Virus record (IMG/VR): IMGVR_UViG_3300017989_000002
Direction: 5' to 3' (one strand)
Source: a virus
DNA length: 64,000 nt
Part shown: positions 1-9,602 of the stretch, in pieces
Position numbering within the stretch: position 1 is the first letter of the stretch
How the letters are laid out: the number at the start of each line of letters is the position of its first letter
Notes under the pieces: model-generated
Database searches by the model: none
The model's input: the letters and a program-made list of their open reading frames with translations, nothing else
What the model was told of the DNA's origin: nothing
Made by a program: the position numbers and the translations under genes

Positions 1-26
1 TGGCTCCAGCTCTTCAAGGACTCCCA

Positions 27-1337
27 GTGAAGAACTACTCCAAGCACATCTACGATGCCGCGGTCGGGCACGCTCCGGCCCCGACCGTCCACGAGCTGAT
101 GACCCGAGATCCTCGAGACCTCGGAGCCGAGCTCGCGGACACGATCCTGCCCACCACCGCGTTCCGCCGCCTCTGCCATGCCGAAATGCGGCCCGTCCTC
201 GCCACGTGGCTGCGTGCCCACTTCGGGCTGAAGATGACCGACGCGCCGACGATGGTGATGCACGGCCTGGACATGACGGGCCACGGGATCCTCGAGACCG
301 AGCACGGCCGCTACCTGGTCGACTCCGTGATGATCCCGCTCAAGGGCTGGAACGACGGCATCCTGCAGCAGGCCGTGGCAAGCGCGGCGCTGGTGAAGGC
401 CCACGCCACCGGCTGCTGCGACGGGGCGTACGTCCTGGTCGTCAACCAGAACAGCCTCAAGTGGGCGCTGTGGGAGGTCGAGGTCCCTCGGCCCAGCTAC
501 CTCGAGAAGCTGTTCGCCCAGTTCCGGGAGCGTGCGGCGGCCTACGAGGAGGCCTACGAGGGTCACCGCAGGGACCGGGCTCCTGGCGTGGAAGGCTACC
601 CGGTGGTCTCCACGCGGCACGTGACCGACGAGCAGCGCATGGCGTCCATCGTCAAGGAGCTCGCCCTCGTGGAGAGCGCGAAGCGCCGGGGAGGAGTCAT
701 CAGCCCCTCCGAGGTCAGCATCACATCATGCGACCGACGCATCGCCTACGCGCTGAAGAAGACGCCCAAGGTGGACCGGTTCCCGACCCACCTGTACCGG
801 GTGTTCGCCTACGGCACCGCCATCCACAACCTCACCCAGAGGCTCCTGCTCGACGCTCTGCCCGACCTGGTCGACGAGATGACGGTCGAGAACAAGAGCC
901 TGCGCATCTACGGCAGCGCCGACGTCGGGGACCTAGCCGACATGGTGATGCTCGAGATCAAGAGCATGTCCACCCACCAGCACAAGAAGCTCCGCTCGCC
1001 GAAGAGCGACCACTGCGTCCAGGCCACCATCTACGCCCGGGCCGGGTCGCTCATCTTCAAGGTGGTCATCTACCTGTACGTGGACAAGGAGCTCTACACC
1101 ATCAAGGAGCTCCCCACGAAGGCTGACAGCTCGGAGTGGCACCGCATCGCCTCGCGCTGCAAGGGCATCAACGAGACGCTCAAGGCCGGCGACATGCCGC
1201 CTCGAACAGACAAGACGAGCGAGTGCGACAACTGCCCCGTCGCCTACGTCTGCAAGCCCGATGAGTTCGGCCACCTCGCCCCGGTGTCCCGAGTCATCAC
1301 CGCATCCCAGAAACGCCGCATGAGGAGGCCCGCATGA
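27..1337 (+). CDS. Cas4-like PD-(D/E)XK exonuclease with Fe-S cysteines and an extra N-terminal domain
   Basis: C-terminal half has SPSEVSITSC..GTAIH..GSAD..LEIK..Q..IY..CDNCPVAYVC (1+3 Cys, Cas4/AddB-like arrangement). Confidence 0.8.
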   Translation: MKNYSKHIYDAAVGHAPAPTVHELMTRDPRDLGAELADTILPTTAFRRLCHAEMRPVLATWLRAHFGLKMTDAPTMVMHGLDMTGHGILETEHGRYLVDSVMIPLKGWNDGILQQAVASAALVKAHATGCCDGAYVLVVNQNSLKWALWEVEVPRPSYLEKLFAQFRERAAAYEEAYEGHRRDRAPGVEGYPVVSTRHVTDEQRMASIVKELALVESAKRRGGVISPSEVSITSCDRRIAYALKKTPKVDRFPTHLYRVFAYGTAIHNLTQRLLLDALPDLVDEMTVENKSLRIYGSADVGDLADMVMLEIKSMSTHQHKKLRSPKSDHCVQATIYARAGSLIFKVVIYLYVDKELYTIKELPTKADSSEWHRIASRCKGINETLKAGDMPPRTDKTSECDNCPVAYVCKPDEFGHLAPVSRVITASQKRRMRRPA

Positions 1338-1960
1338 GCGAGATCCCCAAGGGAACGAGCCTCGACGTCGACGAGATCCTGGACCGCTACTCCAACATCA
1401 TGGAGATGGTCGAGCAGGAGCTCCATGACGCCGGAGTCCAGACCACCCCAGTACCTCCGAGCCTGTCGGGCGACCTGGAGGGGTACGTCACCTACGACGA
1501 CTCCTCCGGAGCGCCGCTGACGCCCAACGACCTGACCGAGTTCAGCCCGGTCATCCTGGGCAAGTTGGCGTCGTACTGGGGCGCCTGGACCAACTACTAC
1601 GAGACCCTGCTGTCTGCGGGCGAGGCGCGGGTCGACATCCTCGACGAGAAGACCAAGGTCATCAAGTCGGCGCTCACGCTCTACTACCGGGAGGACCACA
1701 ACCTCCCTGTCGACCTCATCAGCGACAAGGTCACCACCGACAACCGCTACGCCGAGTGGGTGAAGGAGCTCAACAAGGCGAAGCAGTTCAAGCGTGGGGT
1801 GATGCGCCAGCACGCCGCCTTCAAGCGCACCGGCAACCAGCTCAGCCGGGAGCAGACGCGCCGGAAGGACGAGATGGAGCGACACGGTGTCGGAGGGGGC
1901 TACAACCCCGGCAAGGGACCGCGCCCAGGGCCCAAGGCCGGCAGCTGGGGGAGGGACTGA
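1334..1960 (+). CDS. UvsY-like coiled-coil recombination mediator
   Basis: Long helical protein between a nuclease and a resolvase; 4-nt ATGA overlap with the upstream gene; fold call is inferred. Confidence 0.5.
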   Translation: MSEIPKGTSLDVDEILDRYSNIMEMVEQELHDAGVQTTPVPPSLSGDLEGYVTYDDSSGAPLTPNDLTEFSPVILGKLASYWGAWTNYYETLLSAGEARVDILDEKTKVIKSALTLYYREDHNLPVDLISDKVTTDNRYAEWVKELNKAKQFKRGVMRQHAAFKRTGNQLSREQTRRKDEMERHGVGGGYNPGKGPRPGPKAGSWGRD

Positions 1961-2475
1961 TGATCGTGCTGTGGACCACCGAGTTCCCTCCCTCGGTCAA
2001 CAACCTGTACTTCTTCCAGGGAGGCCGCTTCCGTCTCAAGACGGCGGGGAAGCGCTGGAAGAACAGGTTCAAGGAGAGCCGCGGCAACCTACGGCCCGCG
2101 CGCTTCGCCAAGATCCGCTGCGACCCCCACAAGGACTGGGCCATCATCATGTGCTTCTTCAAGCGCTTCGATGAGGTCTACAACGAGCGCCACGAGAGCA
2201 TCGTCGGGTACGAGAAGCGGGACAAGCGGGTGAAGCACCGCCACAAGGGCTGGGACGAGGACGGCCTCATCAAGGTCACGAAGGACGCGACCGCAGAGCT
2301 CCTGGGCTTCAACGACCGCAGCTTCATGACCACCCAGGCCAGCAAGCGACCCATCCAACCTGGCGGAGAGCGGGGTGTCGTGATCGCCGTCATGGAGCTC
2401 AACCTCCAGGGCGGCTTCGACCCCTTCGAGTTCGACCCCGAGCTCCTCTACGCCGCCATCCACGGGGAGGCCTGA
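1960..2475 (+). CDS. rusA: RusA-like Holliday junction resolvase
   Basis: FPPSVNNLY N-terminus and DEDGLIK..D....GFND acidic catalytic motif; ATG at 1960 overlaps the upstream TGA. Confidence 0.75.
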   Translation: MIVLWTTEFPPSVNNLYFFQGGRFRLKTAGKRWKNRFKESRGNLRPARFAKIRCDPHKDWAIIMCFFKRFDEVYNERHESIVGYEKRDKRVKHRHKGWDEDGLIKVTKDATAELLGFNDRSFMTTQASKRPIQPGGERGVVIAVMELNLQGGFDPFEFDPELLYAAIHGEA

Positions 2476-2834
2476 TGGCCACCGCCAGACGCTACCGCAG
2501 GCTCCGCAAGGACCCTGAACTGGACCCCACCCGACTGGGCGAGTGCTCGGACAGCGAGCTCGTCGCCATCTGCCGGAAGCTGGGGTTCCTCACCGCATCG
2601 CGGGCCATGCACCGTGACGACCTCATCAGCCTCGCTCGCATGGAAATCGAGGCCCCACCGGATCTGCTGCACGAGATCCGACTGAAGACGCACAAGAAGG
2701 TGCGGGGCAAGCAGCTGCTCCGCACCGTCATGAACTGCGACCTGCACTGCCCCACTTGTCCGCACGACAAGGTGGTCCAGTGCTACGCCATCAACCACGA
2801 CAGAGTCGACCCGATCCAGCTGGAGGAACCGTGA
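2475..2834 (+). CDS. Hypothetical protein with Rho-N/HeH-like helices and a Cys cluster
   Basis: SDSELVAICRKLG..RDDLI; CDLHCPTCPH..C; translationally coupled. Confidence 0.6.
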   Translation: MATARRYRRLRKDPELDPTRLGECSDSELVAICRKLGFLTASRAMHRDDLISLARMEIEAPPDLLHEIRLKTHKKVRGKQLLRTVMNCDLHCPTCPHDKVVQCYAINHDRVDPIQLEEP

Positions 2835-4069
2835 AGAAGAAGGAAGTCCTGGACATCATCGAGGGGGTCACCCCCGAGAGCACCACCGAGGAGGCCCAGG
2901 AGGCCTACAAGACCCTCACCGAGACGAAGGGGGTGAACAAGGTCTACGTCGTCAACGCGGCGCAGAAGGTGTTCGACCTCGGGACGGTGAGCGGCATGAA
3001 GGTGCTGTCCTCGTTCGATCGCGCGGACCTGGTGCGCGTCACCGTTGCGGCACGCCATGGCGTGTTCGACTTCGGCGCGCTCGTGTTCCCGCGCAAGACG
3101 CCCGACGGCAAGGAGGAGGGCACCTACACCTACCCCAAGCCCGAGAAGATCATGGCCGCCATCGAGGCCGCCTACGACGAGGAGTACGAGAAGATCGACA
3201 TCGATGACCTCCTCCCCCCGGCCAACGAGGTCGGAGGGAAGGTGCCGAAGGTGTCGTTCAAGAAGGTCGTGCCGAAGGGCAAGGCCCCCCGCAAGTCCTC
3301 GTCCTCGAAGAAGGAGGACAAGCCCAAGCCCGCCGCTGCCGAGACCCCCACCCCACAGGAGGAGCCCGTGGCCGACAAGCCCGCGCCCGACAAGGACACC
3401 CGTCCGCACCCCACCGCCCACGTCGACCTCGACCTCGAGGGCCTGTCCGACGACGTGGCGACCAAGGTCGCGCATCTCCTCGCCCCCGGCATCCAGCGCT
3501 CGTTCGCGGTCGTCGGCAAGGGCCAGCACGCCGCGGCGCACGTCTTCACCTCCATCCTGCAGCGTCAGGACGCGCTCGCCGAGACGCTCGAAGTCCTCGG
3601 CTGCTACCTCGACCCCGAGTTCGAGGGCGCGGAGTTCCCCGAGGCCCCCGTGAACGCGCTGCAGAGCCTCATCGCCTCCGCGCGCACGCTGGTCGGCGAG
3701 GAGAACGTGGTCGACGCCGAGGTTCCGGACGAGAAGCCGGTGAAGGCCCCGCCGAAGGAGGAGGTCGAGGAGAAGCCGGTGAAGGCCCCGCCGAAGGAGG
3801 AGGCCTCGACGAAGGAGGAGGCCCCCGAGAAGAAGAAGGCCGAGCCCTCCGGCGACCTCTACTCCTCGGCGGACCTCGAGGACATCGACGCCGGCGACAT
3901 CGACCTGCGCCGCGTGAACTTCAGCGAGGACATGCTGCGCGCCGAGTACGGCGTGCCGGTGCTCAAGAAGATCATCGAGGCCTTCGGCGAGGTTCCGGGC
4001 GCTCCGACCCGCGGCCTGCTCGTCAACCGGGTGCTGTCGCTCGCGAAGCGCGACCAGCTGCTCGACTGA
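2831..4069 (+). CDS. Hypothetical protein, Lys/Glu/Pro-rich linkers, C-terminal HeH-like domain
   Basis: GGAGG RBS then GTG at 2831; typical codon usage. Confidence 0.7.
   Translation: MKKKEVLDIIEGVTPESTTEEAQEAYKTLTETKGVNKVYVVNAAQKVFDLGTVSGMKVLSSFDRADLVRVTVAARHGVFDFGALVFPRKTPDGKEEGTYTYPKPEKIMAAIEAAYDEEYEKIDIDDLLPPANEVGGKVPKVSFKKVVPKGKAPRKSSSSKKEDKPKPAAAETPTPQEEPVADKPAPDKDTRPHPTAHVDLDLEGLSDDVATKVAHLLAPGIQRSFAVVGKGQHAAAHVFTSILQRQDALAETLEVLGCYLDPEFEGAEFPEAPVNALQSLIASARTLVGEENVVDAEVPDEKPVKAPPKEEVEEKPVKAPPKEEASTKEEAPEKKKAEPSGDLYSSADLEDIDAGDIDLRRVNFSEDMLRAEYGVPVLKKIIEAFGEVPGAPTRGLLVNRVLSLAKRDQLLD
3731..3803 (+). repeat. 34-bp exact direct repeat (3731-3764, 3770-3803) encoding EKPVKAPPKEE twice
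   Basis: gagaagccggtgaaggccccgccgaaggaggagg occurs twice. Confidence 0.9.
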
Positions 4070-4084
4070 CGTCGCCTGCCCACC

Positions 4085-4117
4085 CGACCCCGTCTCCCGT
4101 TCAGGGGGGCGGGGTCG
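4085..4117. terminator. GC-rich hairpin between convergent gene blocks
   Basis: cgaccccgtctccc-gttca-ggggggcggggtcg, 14-bp stem with GU pairs. Confidence 0.6.
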
Positions 4118-4439
4118 TCCCGGCCGGCCCTTCTTCGCTCAGACCCACCTGTCGCACCAAGATCTGGAGCAAGGCCTTCACGGCAGGGTCCTGCACCATT
4201 CCGAGGTGGTGCTTCACGGCGGCGATGTCCTGCTGGTGCTGCGTCTCGTGGGGAGCCGGAGCCGTGTCAGAAGACCGCGGACGGTAGCGGAGGAACGCGC
4301 CGTCCACGTAGCGCCACTCCCGGAGAGCGAGGTCTCGGTCACTCTCGACCACGAGGGAGCGCTTGTAGACGGAGTCGCGAGGCTTCGCGGTCAGCTTCTG
4401 CCGGATCAGGCCGTTGGAGTTGATGACGTAGTAGAACAC
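4101..4439 (-). CDS. Small protein, possible tail-fibre assembly chaperone
   Basis: Follows fibre-like genes; W.Y.DG.F motif followed by a helix. Confidence 0.5.
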   Translation of the reverse strand: MFYYVINSNGLIRQKLTAKPRDSVYKRSLVVESDRDLALREWRYVDGAFLRYRPRSSDTAPAPHETQHQQDIAAVKHHLGMVQDPAVKALLQILVRQVGLSEEGPAGTTPPP

Positions 4440-4446
4440 GGAGACC

Positions 4447-5742
4447 TCAGTAGAAGACCACGACGCGCGCTTCCTGGTTCTGCAGACTTGAGCCCACGGC
4501 GGCGGCCCCGCTGTAGTCCCCGGAGATGATCACGTCCTTGGCCGTCGGGTCGAAGAGGAGGAAGAAGTCTCCGCCGGCGTTCTGACCGGCGGCGAGCTCG
4601 GCGCTGTACCACTTCGTCTGGGCACCGTTGTAGGCAGAGCAGAGAGCACCCTTGAAGTTGTCGGCCACCTCGTCGGCCAAGGCGATCTCCGTGGGACCCG
4701 AGTTGTCGAGGATGACCGTGTAGTAGGCGGCGCGCAGGGGGCCATCACTGGCCACGTCGTCCGGTGTGAAGGTGGCGCCGTCGGAGGTGCCGAACCGGAC
4801 GCCGTTGACGGGGTCCAGGAGGATGGCGCGGTCCGTCGCGGTCTCCCGGACGACCACCGTGGCGCCCTCGTAGTGGATGTAGGTGTCGGCCCCCATCTGC
4901 AGAGCCTGCATGAGGAAGGCGCCTGCCGCAGAGACCCGGGCGTTGTCCGGCGTACCGGGGGTGCCCCACGTCTGGACGACCTCGCTGCCTGTCGCGTGGA
5001 CGACCTCCAGGGGCATCCCCGTGTCGACGACGATGCGCCGGTCGACCCCGAGGCCGAACTCGGTGTAGGACTCCTGCAGGTTGTTGCCCACGCCAGAAGG
5101 CCCCTGCGACCCGTTCAGGTTCATGAAGACGATGCGCTCGCCCGAGCTCGGGGTGTACAGCGGATCGAATGCGACCTCTCCTGGACTCCCTGCCGTCTCG
5201 GAGTAGTGCCGGCCCAACTCTTGGACGATGCCGCCGACCACGACGAGGAGCTGGCCCGTGCCCACCACATAGTCGAACCCGACGAGCACATCCTCGACTC
5301 CGGCAGAGACGACGACGTTGCGACTCACGCCCGGGCTGGAGGTACCCAGCCGGACCGTCTGCCCGTCGTCGATCACGGTGCCGTCGCGCCAATGCAGACG
5401 GTCGTCGGAGCCGCGGACGCAGAGCACGAAGATGTTGTCCTCGAGCAGGTCCGCGTCGTTCATGTTGGCGATGACGGGGGTCGCGGCGCCGCCGACCAGT
5501 CGGTTGATGTCGACGTAGACGCACTGATCGGACGAGACCGTGGCTACGCCTCCACCGTCGTTGACCGTCGCGATCCCGACACCAGGCAGGTAGAGCACCA
5601 GGTTGGAGGACCACGTGATGGTGCCTCCGGCCACCGAGGTGTCCCAGCCGATGAGGCCGCCGGCGGAGAGGGTGGCGTTGCGGTCCTGCCTCGTGTGGAA
5701 GCTGGCCTCGATGCCGTTGAGCTGGTCGCGGTTGATGCCCAT
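4447..5742 (-). CDS. Virion structural protein (tail fibre/baseplate appendage)
   Basis: Beta-rich, Gly/Thr/Asp-rich; L.V.VGG..Q..G.HY.E module; N-terminus resembles modules of the 861-aa neighbour. Confidence 0.65.
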   Translation of the reverse strand: MGINRDQLNGIEASFHTRQDRNATLSAGGLIGWDTSVAGGTITWSSNLVLYLPGVGIATVNDGGGVATVSSDQCVYVDINRLVGGAATPVIANMNDADLLEDNIFVLCVRGSDDRLHWRDGTVIDDGQTVRLGTSSPGVSRNVVVSAGVEDVLVGFDYVVGTGQLLVVVGGIVQELGRHYSETAGSPGEVAFDPLYTPSSGERIVFMNLNGSQGPSGVGNNLQESYTEFGLGVDRRIVVDTGMPLEVVHATGSEVVQTWGTPGTPDNARVSAAGAFLMQALQMGADTYIHYEGATVVVRETATDRAILLDPVNGVRFGTSDGATFTPDDVASDGPLRAAYYTVILDNSGPTEIALADEVADNFKGALCSAYNGAQTKWYSAELAAGQNAGGDFFLLFDPTAKDVIISGDYSGAAAVGSSLQNQEARVVVFY

Positions 5743-8327
5743 CAGGCGCTCCTGGCGGCGGCCGCAGCCGACGCGGTGGGCTCGTCGTAGCCGACCAGGT
5801 AGACGTCGGGGGACCCTGTGTACAAGGTGTCCGGTACGCTGATCTCGAAGGCCCCGTTACCGTCGAGGACAGCCTCGAACTCGAACTCGACGAAGTCCTC
5901 GTCGACGCGAGAACCGTCCTCGGTGCGCTGGGAGCCCATGACGGACGTGAAGCGCCGGTACCCCGGAGCCCCGGTGGCCCGCACGTACAGAGGCATCAAG
6001 TTCCCCCGGTCTGCCACGGGGTCGTTGGCTTCGATGCGCATCCGGAGTCGGACGACGGCTCCGGCCGTGAGAGGCAGGGATGGAGTGACGGGCTGCCAGG
6101 CGAACCCTGCGCTGGGCGTCCCGATGGCGGCCGAGAAGTTTGGCGAGACGTCCAGCTCCCGGCCCAGCGTGACCGTGCCTCTCTGCTTGGCGAATGGGTA
6201 GAGGTTCCCCGTCCCGTCGAACCAGGCGCTCGCCAGGAAGGCGTGCTGCGAGCTCGAGGGGTGGTGACCGTAGCCCACCGACCGGTCAGGAGCGTCGGCG
6301 GACCACAAGATCTCGGGCTCAGCCCCGTCGTGCGCGGCGTAGGCGTAGATCCAGTTGTTGACGACCGGAGGACCTCCGTAGTGCGGGTCTGCGGTGGAGC
6401 CCTCGAGCACGTTGTTGGTCGCGGTGGTCGCGTGCTGGGACGTGAGGCCTGCGCGGTTGAGGGAGCCTCCCGCCGCCCGGACCAGAGTGGAGCCGGGGCT
6501 CCAGACCACGTCGAAGCCCTGGAGCGCCTCCACGGCGTTCGCGGTCAGCGCCGCGTTCGTGCTCGACGGGTCGTGCAGCGCCTCCACCGAGTTCTCGATG
6601 TTCTCGGACAGGCCGACGATGTCGCGGAGACGCGCCGTGAGGTTGAAGAGCAGCTCGCCCGCAGTCGAGTCGTCCACCTCGAGGCCAGCGCCCGTCTTGA
6701 GGACGAGCGACCCTCCCTGAGCGCCCGCGCCACCTCCGTCCACCTCGAGGGAGACGACGTGTCCGCCCGAGACGGATGTGCGGATGCGGATGCGTCCGGA
6801 GTCGTACTCCACGACGATGCCGGTTCCGCCCTCCAGCTCCACGTGCCCGTCCAGGCGGTCGGCCGGGTCGCCGCCCATGACGCCGATGCTTTCGACCGGG
6901 CTCGGGCCGTCGCCTTGGACACCGATGAACGCCTCTACCCAGTCCCCATCTCCAGGCCAGGACCGCTCGGGGTCGTTGGCGTTGCCGTCGGTGGTGCCGT
7001 CGAGGGGGTCCGTGTCGCCGGACCACCGGGTCACCAGGCTCGTGTTCTCGTCGCCGTCGCGGTCTCCTGGGAGGATGTCGCGTACCCACAAGATCTGCGT
7101 ACCGGAGCCCGTGCCGTCGTCGTACTCGAGGTAGTCGTCGTCGACGGCGATGGTGCCCGTCAGGGAGCCGCCAGGCCACGCGCCGGACCACACGGCCGAG
7201 CTAGCCTTCTGCTTGACGCCGTTCCTGAACACCATCAGGGCGCCGGAGCCGACCGGGTAGGTGTTGCCCAGGTCCAGGAGCTGCTCTGCAGGGTTGGGTC
7301 CGTGATCGGCGTACCTCCACTGCAGGCCGGTGGCGGCGCCACCGAGGACGGCAGTGTCGCCGTCGCCCAGGGACTGGCCGTTCATCAGGTAGAGGCGGCT
7401 GTCCGTCGAGTGGTAGTAGGCGATGACGAGCTTGTCGCGGAGGCTGCCAACGGCAGCAAAGGCCGTCGCGTAGGCCACGACGGGTCGGAGGACCGTCGGA
7501 CCCGTTCCCACACCTCCAGTCCCGGGGTCTCGAGTGGAGAGGTCGACGTACAGGACCTCTCCAGGCTCCAGGTCCTCGTTCCCGGCCGCGATCACGTAGT
7601 CCGCGCTCTGGTCCGTGCCTGCAGCAGGCTCCGGCCCGGAGACCATGACGTGCAGGTCTGCGTCCCACGTCCACGTGCCTGTCGGAGCTCCAACACTCCA
7701 CTGCAGGGTGCCTCCTCCGATGAGCCGGAGGTTGTGGTTCTGGCCCTGCCGGCGCTGGACCTCCGTGAACTCCGACTGGAGGGCGTACTGGCTGTCGCGC
7801 CCGCGCTCCAGGGTGAGGCTGTGGTTCTGCTGGAGTCGGAGGCCGTCCGCGAAGATGACGGTGGAGCCGGAGCGGAAGGCCAAGAGGAAGATGTCGGCCC
7901 GGGTCTGCGCCCCCACCATGACGGTCCTGAGCGCCGTCATCGAGGCTGCGTAGGAGACCGTGACCGTCGCGCCGTCCGAGGTCTTGTCCAATACCAGGTA
8001 GGCCACGCCGCCGTCGTCAGGGAACGCCTGGCTGCCTCCTGCGACGACATTGGAGACGACCGCCGTCCCCATCTCCGCCCACCTCACCTGGAACTGGCCC
8101 GACCACGTGAGGGTGTTGCCTGCGTAGGACCACGTGGTGCCGCCCGTCAGGAACGAGTTGGCCGTGGCCTGCACGGCCCCGAAGAGCGCGTCGTCGTTGA
8201 CGGCGAGCCGCTCGAGCAGCCTGTTGATGCCCTCGCCGGCACCCAACGACCCGGACTTCAGCTCCTCGAGGAGCTGAACCCAGGTGTCTTCCGAGCCGAT
8301 CTCGGTCTTGAGCTTGAACGTGGTCAT
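5742..8327 (-). CDS. Virion structural protein (tail fibre-like, 861 aa)
   Basis: Two tandem GG...W....LTW modules, LMVFRNGVKQ module, GxV.L.GGTGI.V fibre repeats. Confidence 0.65.
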   Translation of the reverse strand: MTTFKLKTEIGSEDTWVQLLEELKSGSLGAGEGINRLLERLAVNDDALFGAVQATANSFLTGGTTWSYAGNTLTWSGQFQVRWAEMGTAVVSNVVAGGSQAFPDDGGVAYLVLDKTSDGATVTVSYAASMTALRTVMVGAQTRADIFLLAFRSGSTVIFADGLRLQQNHSLTLERGRDSQYALQSEFTEVQRRQGQNHNLRLIGGGTLQWSVGAPTGTWTWDADLHVMVSGPEPAAGTDQSADYVIAAGNEDLEPGEVLYVDLSTRDPGTGGVGTGPTVLRPVVAYATAFAAVGSLRDKLVIAYYHSTDSRLYLMNGQSLGDGDTAVLGGAATGLQWRYADHGPNPAEQLLDLGNTYPVGSGALMVFRNGVKQKASSAVWSGAWPGGSLTGTIAVDDDYLEYDDGTGSGTQILWVRDILPGDRDGDENTSLVTRWSGDTDPLDGTTDGNANDPERSWPGDGDWVEAFIGVQGDGPSPVESIGVMGGDPADRLDGHVELEGGTGIVVEYDSGRIRIRTSVSGGHVVSLEVDGGGAGAQGGSLVLKTGAGLEVDDSTAGELLFNLTARLRDIVGLSENIENSVEALHDPSSTNAALTANAVEALQGFDVVWSPGSTLVRAAGGSLNRAGLTSQHATTATNNVLEGSTADPHYGGPPVVNNWIYAYAAHDGAEPEILWSADAPDRSVGYGHHPSSSQHAFLASAWFDGTGNLYPFAKQRGTVTLGRELDVSPNFSAAIGTPSAGFAWQPVTPSLPLTAGAVVRLRMRIEANDPVADRGNLMPLYVRATGAPGYRRFTSVMGSQRTEDGSRVDEDFVEFEFEAVLDGNGAFEISVPDTLYTGSPDVYLVGYDEPTASAAAAARSA

Positions 8328-8347
8328 GGAGTCCTACAGCGAGACGC

Positions 8348-8800
8348 TCAGAGGGAGTAGACCTGGCCGGTGCTGGGGTTGCGGATGAACTTGCCGCCCT
8401 TGGCGCGCAGGGCCGCGGCGTGGCGCTGCAGGGCGGGGGGCGCGTCCGAGATGGGCTTGGCCTTGGCCTTCATGAGCTTGACGCGGACGTCGGCAGGCAG
8501 GGCGGCGAACTGCTGCGCGCGTCCGGCCGTGTGTGCGCGACGCGCGACGCTGGCCGTGAAGCGGGCCTCCTTGGGCGACAGCCGGTTCTGCTCGAGCTTG
8601 TAGCCTCCGACCGCGCCGGCGCCGGCGCCGACAGCCAGACCGCCGGCCAGGCCCACCTTGCCGCGGTGGCGAGAGGCGAAGGACTTGCCGCCCTTCCAGG
8701 CCGCACCGATCCGGTCCTTGACGCCGGCGAGCTTCTGCAGCTCATCGACCTGGGCTCGGGCCATGATGCGGCTGTACATGTCTTCACGGGTGGGGTTCAT
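8348..8800 (-). CDS. Ala/Gly/Lys-rich putative internal virion protein (ELQKLA tag)
   Basis: VDELQKLAG; glycine-zipper-like GLAGGLAVGAGAGAVGG; GGAG RBS. Confidence 0.6.
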   Translation of the reverse strand: MNPTREDMYSRIMARAQVDELQKLAGVKDRIGAAWKGGKSFASRHRGKVGLAGGLAVGAGAGAVGGYKLEQNRLSPKEARFTASVARRAHTAGRAQQFAALPADVRVKLMKAKAKPISDAPPALQRHAAALRAKGGKFIRNPSTGQVYSL

Positions 8801-8817
8801 GGGGGTCTCCCTGGAGG

Positions 8818-9420
8818 TCAGAGGCGAAGTGTGTAGCGGACCTGCAAGGCGAAGTCCGAGGTCTTGGTGAATGCACCGAAGGTCTTGCGAGCGAACACGT
8901 CCTTGTCCGGGCTTCGGTCAGACAGGATGACGAGCTCGCGGAAGGTCGTGTTCACCTCGGTCTGGTCGTAGACGAAGACGAAGGTGACGTAGGGGTTCGT
9001 GGGATCGAACTCGACCTCTGAGACCTGCTTCAGCGACGACGGAACAAGGGCGGCTCCCAGGCCAGTGTCGGCGGCGCTCTCAGTCGTGCCGTCCGTGCCG
9101 AGCTCGCACCACTGGATGACCACGTCGTTGTCGTCCGCCAGAGAGCCCGTGATGCCCGTGATGTCGGCGGGCACGAGCTTGCGCCGGATCATGTCTCGCC
9201 CGCCCGTGGGAGCGCTACCGCTGCCGTTCAGCAGAGACGTGACCACGTTGCGGCCGACGAAGGCGCGCTTGGCGACCTGCCCCTTCTTCGGGCCCGTGGC
9301 GTGGATGAGCCGGAACTCGACGTACGCGCGCGGCTTGAAGATGTCGACGAAGTCGCCGCCGACCTTCAGGAGCCCGCGCCACCACCTCACCATCGCGTTG
9401 TAGCGGTCTCGCAGGGTCAC
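8818..9420 (-). CDS. Baseplate/tail-collar structural protein
   Basis: RNVVT..LGTDGT....DTGL..FRELV..FARKTFGAFTKTSDF.L.V.Y pattern typical of myophage fibre-attachment proteins. Confidence 0.7.
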   Translation of the reverse strand: MTLRDRYNAMVRWWRGLLKVGGDFVDIFKPRAYVEFRLIHATGPKKGQVAKRAFVGRNVVTSLLNGSGSAPTGGRDMIRRKLVPADITGITGSLADDNDVVIQWCELGTDGTTESAADTGLGAALVPSSLKQVSEVEFDPTNPYVTFVFVYDQTEVNTTFRELVILSDRSPDKDVFARKTFGAFTKTSDFALQVRYTLRL

Positions 9421-9602
9421 GGCTTCGGCTCCTGTACTGGAGATCGTACCTCCCCGCGGGGGGAGGAGTAGAGGGCAGGCCCTCGCTGGTCTCCCTTCAC
9501 GGGAATGAGACGAAGGTGGAGCGCCTCGGTTGAGGGGAGGTCGTCGACGAGTCCCTTCGTACCACGGAGGGATCGAATCAGCCTTCGGAGCTTGCGGATC
9601 AT
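9417..9602 (-). CDS. Small hypothetical protein
   Basis: Fills the gap with 4-nt overlaps on both sides. Confidence 0.5.
   Translation of the reverse strand: MIRKLRRLIRSLRGTKGLVDDLPSTEALHLRLIPVKGDQRGPALYSSPRGEVRSPVQEPKP

Noticed and set aside
27-1337. CRISPR-Cas system suggested by the Cas4-like gene
   Set aside because: No repeat-spacer array or other cas genes seen; the context is recombination.
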